Source: Candidatus Tenderia sp.
Lineage (GTDB): Bacteria > Pseudomonadota > Gammaproteobacteria > Tenderiales > Tenderiaceae
Reading direction: 5' to 3'
Assembly (NCBI GenBank): GCA_031416075.1
Contig: JANOSY010000017.1
Coordinates: 1 to 64,000, forward strand
DNA: 64,000 nucleotides
Both the position numbers and the translations under genes were made by a program. The notes beneath the pieces were generated by a model that was given only the letters and a program-made list of their open reading frames with translations, did no database searches and was not told where the DNA came from. Shown here one piece after another: positions 60,823 through 64,000 of this stretch (position 1 is its first letter; every line of letters begins with the position of its first letter).

Positions 60823-62499
60823 TCATCGCCCTTCCCGTCCCGATTCACACGCGGAAAAGATATCCAGCTTAGGGTCATATAGCGTTGTTGAGACTCCCAT
60901 TAATCCCAGCACTGTATGAAACAGGTTGTCATGACTATATTCACCGGCTTTTTTCTGTGACAAGCAGCTATCATCCAACCCCTTTGCCCGTTCAAACTCG
61001 GGTGACAACCACGCAATCATCGGCACATGGGTCTGCTGACTGGGGGCCATAAAATACGGGACTCCATGTAGATACAGATTATTTTCACCCAGTGACTCAC
61101 CATGATCAGAGAGATACAACATTGCACCGTTATAATCCTCTGCCTGTTTTTTAAGAAACCCAATCACCTCTGCCAAAAAGTGATCTGTATAAAGGATGGT
61201 GTTGTCGTAAGCATTTACAATCTCCTGCTGACTACAATTTTGTAACTCACTGGTGGTACATACCGGTGTGAATTGATTAAACGCCTTCGGATAGCGTTTG
61301 TAATAAGCGGGCCCGTGGCTCCCTTTCTGGTGCAGCACAATCAGACCATCACCTTTCAATCCCGCTACATACTCTTCCAGCTTATGCAGCAGTATTTCGT
61401 CAAAACACTCCTCTTTATTGCAGTAGGGTTCAACATGCAGTACCGACATATCCTCGCTACCAATACGATCACACGCCCCTTTGCAGCCCGAGTTGTTATC
61501 GCGCCATAATATTGAAACGTCGCTATGTGCCATAACATCCAGCAGCCCCTCTTGATGTTTTGCTTTCTCATCACTGTAGTGGTCACGGCCAAGATTAGAA
61601 AACATACAAGGAAGCGAGACCGCTGTGGCCGTTCCACATGAGGAGACATTACTAAAATTAATAATTTTTTCCTGACTCAGACGTGGATTGGTATTACGAT
61701 TGTAACCATTTAGCGAAAAATTTTCGGCCCGTGCAGTTTCGCCTACCACCAGTATTATCAGATTCTTTTTACCGTTATTAACAACATCAGGCAATTCTTT
61801 AGCATCTTCTCCCATCGCCTTCACCACCACCGGACCAGCACTGGCAGTGCCGGCCAGATAACGGCTAAAGGAGTACAGGTAGTTGCTTGGGGTAATTAAG
61901 TGGCGTATCTCACGATTGTTGCGTGCTACGGAGGCATATTCATCATAAAACGCGTAAATCGAAACAGCTGCGATCACCAGACTTAAAGAGAAGTACATCC
62001 CCTTATGAAGTACGTCTTTTAAAAAGGGTTTGTATTCAATGTTAAAACGCCAGACCAATAACGCCGGCAGCACACCCCAGAGAATAAAATGAAGCAATAA
62101 CTTGCTATTTAAGAGTTCGAAAGATTCAGCAGGATCAGTCTCCATCACATTCTGAACCATGGTGCTATCGATCATCACGCCATATTGGTTCATAAAATGA
62201 CTGACCAACGCGCTGCTGAGCAGCAGGAAAATCACTAATGGCTTAAAGAGATGTCGAAAGCCAAACAGAATAACCGTGGCATTAAAAAGCGCCAGCAGTG
62301 CCACAAAAAAAGATATTAGAAAGAGCGCTTTGGACCAAACATTAGCATCATGATCAACCTGAAGCAGCGTCCGCCAGAGCGGATCGTTGCAAAATAGCAG
62401 CAACCAGACCACCAGCAGTAACGATAGCTGGTTCACCCCAATGGCGGGTCGAAACCCGCCCCACCAAGCCGTTAGCCGACTTGCCCAGCCACTTTCCAT
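60823..62499 (-). CDS. eptA: Lipid A phosphoethanolamine transferase
   Basis: N-terminal TM domain, VVGETARA..F.L.GY.R.TNP, SCGTATAVS.PCMFS, GSHGP.Y, NAYDNTI.YTD and SDHGESLGE. Confidence 0.93.
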   Translation of the reverse strand: MESGWASRLTAWWGGFRPAIGVNQLSLLLVVWLLLFCNDPLWRTLLQVDHDANVWSKALFLISFFVALLALFNATVILFGFRHLFKPLVIFLLLSSALVSHFMNQYGVMIDSTMVQNVMETDPAESFELLNSKLLLHFILWGVLPALLVWRFNIEYKPFLKDVLHKGMYFSLSLVIAAVSIYAFYDEYASVARNNREIRHLITPSNYLYSFSRYLAGTASAGPVVVKAMGEDAKELPDVVNNGKKNLIILVVGETARAENFSLNGYNRNTNPRLSQEKIINFSNVSSCGTATAVSLPCMFSNLGRDHYSDEKAKHQEGLLDVMAHSDVSILWRDNNSGCKGACDRIGSEDMSVLHVEPYCNKEECFDEILLHKLEEYVAGLKGDGLIVLHQKGSHGPAYYKRYPKAFNQFTPVCTTSELQNCSQQEIVNAYDNTILYTDHFLAEVIGFLKKQAEDYNGAMLYLSDHGESLGENNLYLHGVPYFMAPSQQTHVPMIAWLSPEFERAKGLDDSCLSQKKAGEYSHDNLFHTVLGLMGVSTTLYDPKLDIFSACESGREGR

Positions 62500-62609
62500 C
62501 GTTGCACCTTTCAACCAAATAACCTATTAATACAGCGCTATAACATCACCGACACCTTAATCCCCCCTTAAATAGCGCAAACGACAGCCAAATAGGTACA
62601 ATCGCATCC

Positions 62610-63908
62610 ATGCGCCTGTTTTTAAAAATTACCATACTGTTATTCGGCGGCCTGACTCTGTTACTGGCCACGCTGCTGGCCCTCATCAGTGACGATGAGC
62701 GGCTAGCCACCCCCGCCACACCGGTTACCCCGGAGGTGGCTCAGGAGGTCAAGCTGATTGCCAAACAGATGCAGCTGGCGCTGTATGCCAGCCAGATACA
62801 CACCATGACCTTTTCCGAACAGCAGATCCATTCGCTGCTCGCCGTAGCGGCACGGGCACTGCCGCGCATGAGTGGTGATACCCGAATCACAAAAGAGGGC
62901 AGCGCCCTGCGCTTGACCCTGCACACCCCTGAAAACCCCTTTGGTGATTACATCAACGTAGAACTCACCCTGCCCGCGACCAGCAACGGATGGGCCATCG
63001 ATCAACTCACTATCGGCGATCTGACATTGTCAGGCGGCACTGCCCAATCACTCATCGAAAGTTTTGCCAATATCGCTTTTGGCAACGACGAAGGCAGCAA
63101 ACTGCTGGCCAATATCAAACAGATACGCAGCCACGACAAGCTATTGATCGTCACCTATCAGACCACGCCTCATCTCGACGAAAAACTGATTACCGCCCTC
63201 AACCGCCTGCAGCCCTGGCGTGATGAAAGCAGCGACAGCTCCGTAGCCGCCATACGCAGCCACTATATGCGGCTCTGCAAAAGCCGTTACAAAACCTCTG
63301 TAATCACACTGGGCCAGCCCCTGAGTGCCAGCCTCAAATACGCTGCCAGCCGCAGTGGCTCAGACAGAGAAGCCGTGATCGAAAACCGCGCCGCACTGCT
63401 GGCGCTGGCAATATATTTTGGCAACTACCGCTTTAACACCCTGGTCAACGCAGTACCTAACGCGACTATTCAACAGTGCCAGCACTACCGCTCAGCCGTC
63501 AGTCTGGCAGAGCGCCAGGATCTGGCACTGCACTTCATCTACTCCATGGCCATTAAAATCATCGCCGATAGTCCAATGAGTTTTGCCGTGGGAGAACTTA
63601 AAGAGATGATGGATTCGCTGCAAGGAGGATCTGGATTTAGCTTTGCCGACCTGGCCGCCGATGAAAGTGGCATCCGTTTTGCCGACCTTGCCACTGATCC
63701 AAAACGTGCGCGCATATTACAGGCCGCTGCCACACAGTTGAAACAGGAAGAGCACTTTTTTCCTCCCATCAACCTGCTGCCGGAAGGGATTTCACAGCAA
63801 CTGTTTGAGCAAGAGTATGGTGGCACAGAAGGCGACTACTACAAGGCGCAGCTAACCCAGATAAAAACCCGCATCAACGCGCTGCCCCTCTACCAGCCAC
63901 TGCCATAA
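62610..63908 (+). CDS. Hypothetical membrane-anchored protein
   Basis: N-terminal TM helix and C-terminal motifs R.DLA.HF, GELKE..D and GSGFSFADLAAD..G. Confidence 0.75.
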   Translation: MRLFLKITILLFGGLTLLLATLLALISDDERLATPATPVTPEVAQEVKLIAKQMQLALYASQIHTMTFSEQQIHSLLAVAARALPRMSGDTRITKEGSALRLTLHTPENPFGDYINVELTLPATSNGWAIDQLTIGDLTLSGGTAQSLIESFANIAFGNDEGSKLLANIKQIRSHDKLLIVTYQTTPHLDEKLITALNRLQPWRDESSDSSVAAIRSHYMRLCKSRYKTSVITLGQPLSASLKYAASRSGSDREAVIENRAALLALAIYFGNYRFNTLVNAVPNATIQQCQHYRSAVSLAERQDLALHFIYSMAIKIIADSPMSFAVGELKEMMDSLQGGSGFSFADLAADESGIRFADLATDPKRARILQAAATQLKQEEHFFPPINLLPEGISQQLFEQEYGGTEGDYYKAQLTQIKTRINALPLYQPLP

Positions 63909-64000
63909 CGTAGCCAATACCAAACCCGCCCAACCCACTCATGCAACGCCACATAACTATCCTGCACAGCAAAAGCACTGGGCAACCACTGCATGAAGAG

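Overview
A 64-kb stretch of bacterial chromosome. The gene content and protein sequences look gammaproteobacterial; this is inference and no rRNA or tRNA genes were seen. The backbone is housekeeping: yheS, beta-CASP nuclease, aer-type chemoreceptor, rnd, csp, hrpB, mnmC, sseA, metA, tcdA, TPP-riboswitch-thiC and pcm-rhodanese-tolC, followed by a large LPS lipid A/core cluster (lpxL, waaA, kdkA, opsX-like and other glycosyltransferases, waaL, waaF, hldD, hldE, msbA, eptA). Several small accessory islets are interspersed: (i) an IS630 end that truncates a membrane-protein gene; (ii) a hypothetical/ankyrin pair; (iii) a DUF4157 (eCIS-associated) protein with an unknown C-terminal domain; (iv) an AT-rich Rap1a-Tae4(Ssp1-like) immunity/effector pair with integron-cassette-like ends, sitting inside an uncharacterised operon that has two paralogous His-motif beta-propellers; (v) a PEP-CTERM gene with sigma54 and enhancer sites; (vi) a secreted 7x65-aa FG-GAP propeller cleanly split by an intact IS5 element with a TTAA duplication; and (vii) an ORF-free region with a promoter, GGA motifs and an IS256 relic. 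thiC contains an in-frame TAG amid clustered substitutions, probably a sequencing error or recent decay. The best candidates for undescribed biology are the twin-propeller operon, the cassette-like T6SS effector/immunity pair and the lectin-like propeller. All family assignments come from motif recognition by eye, not database searches.
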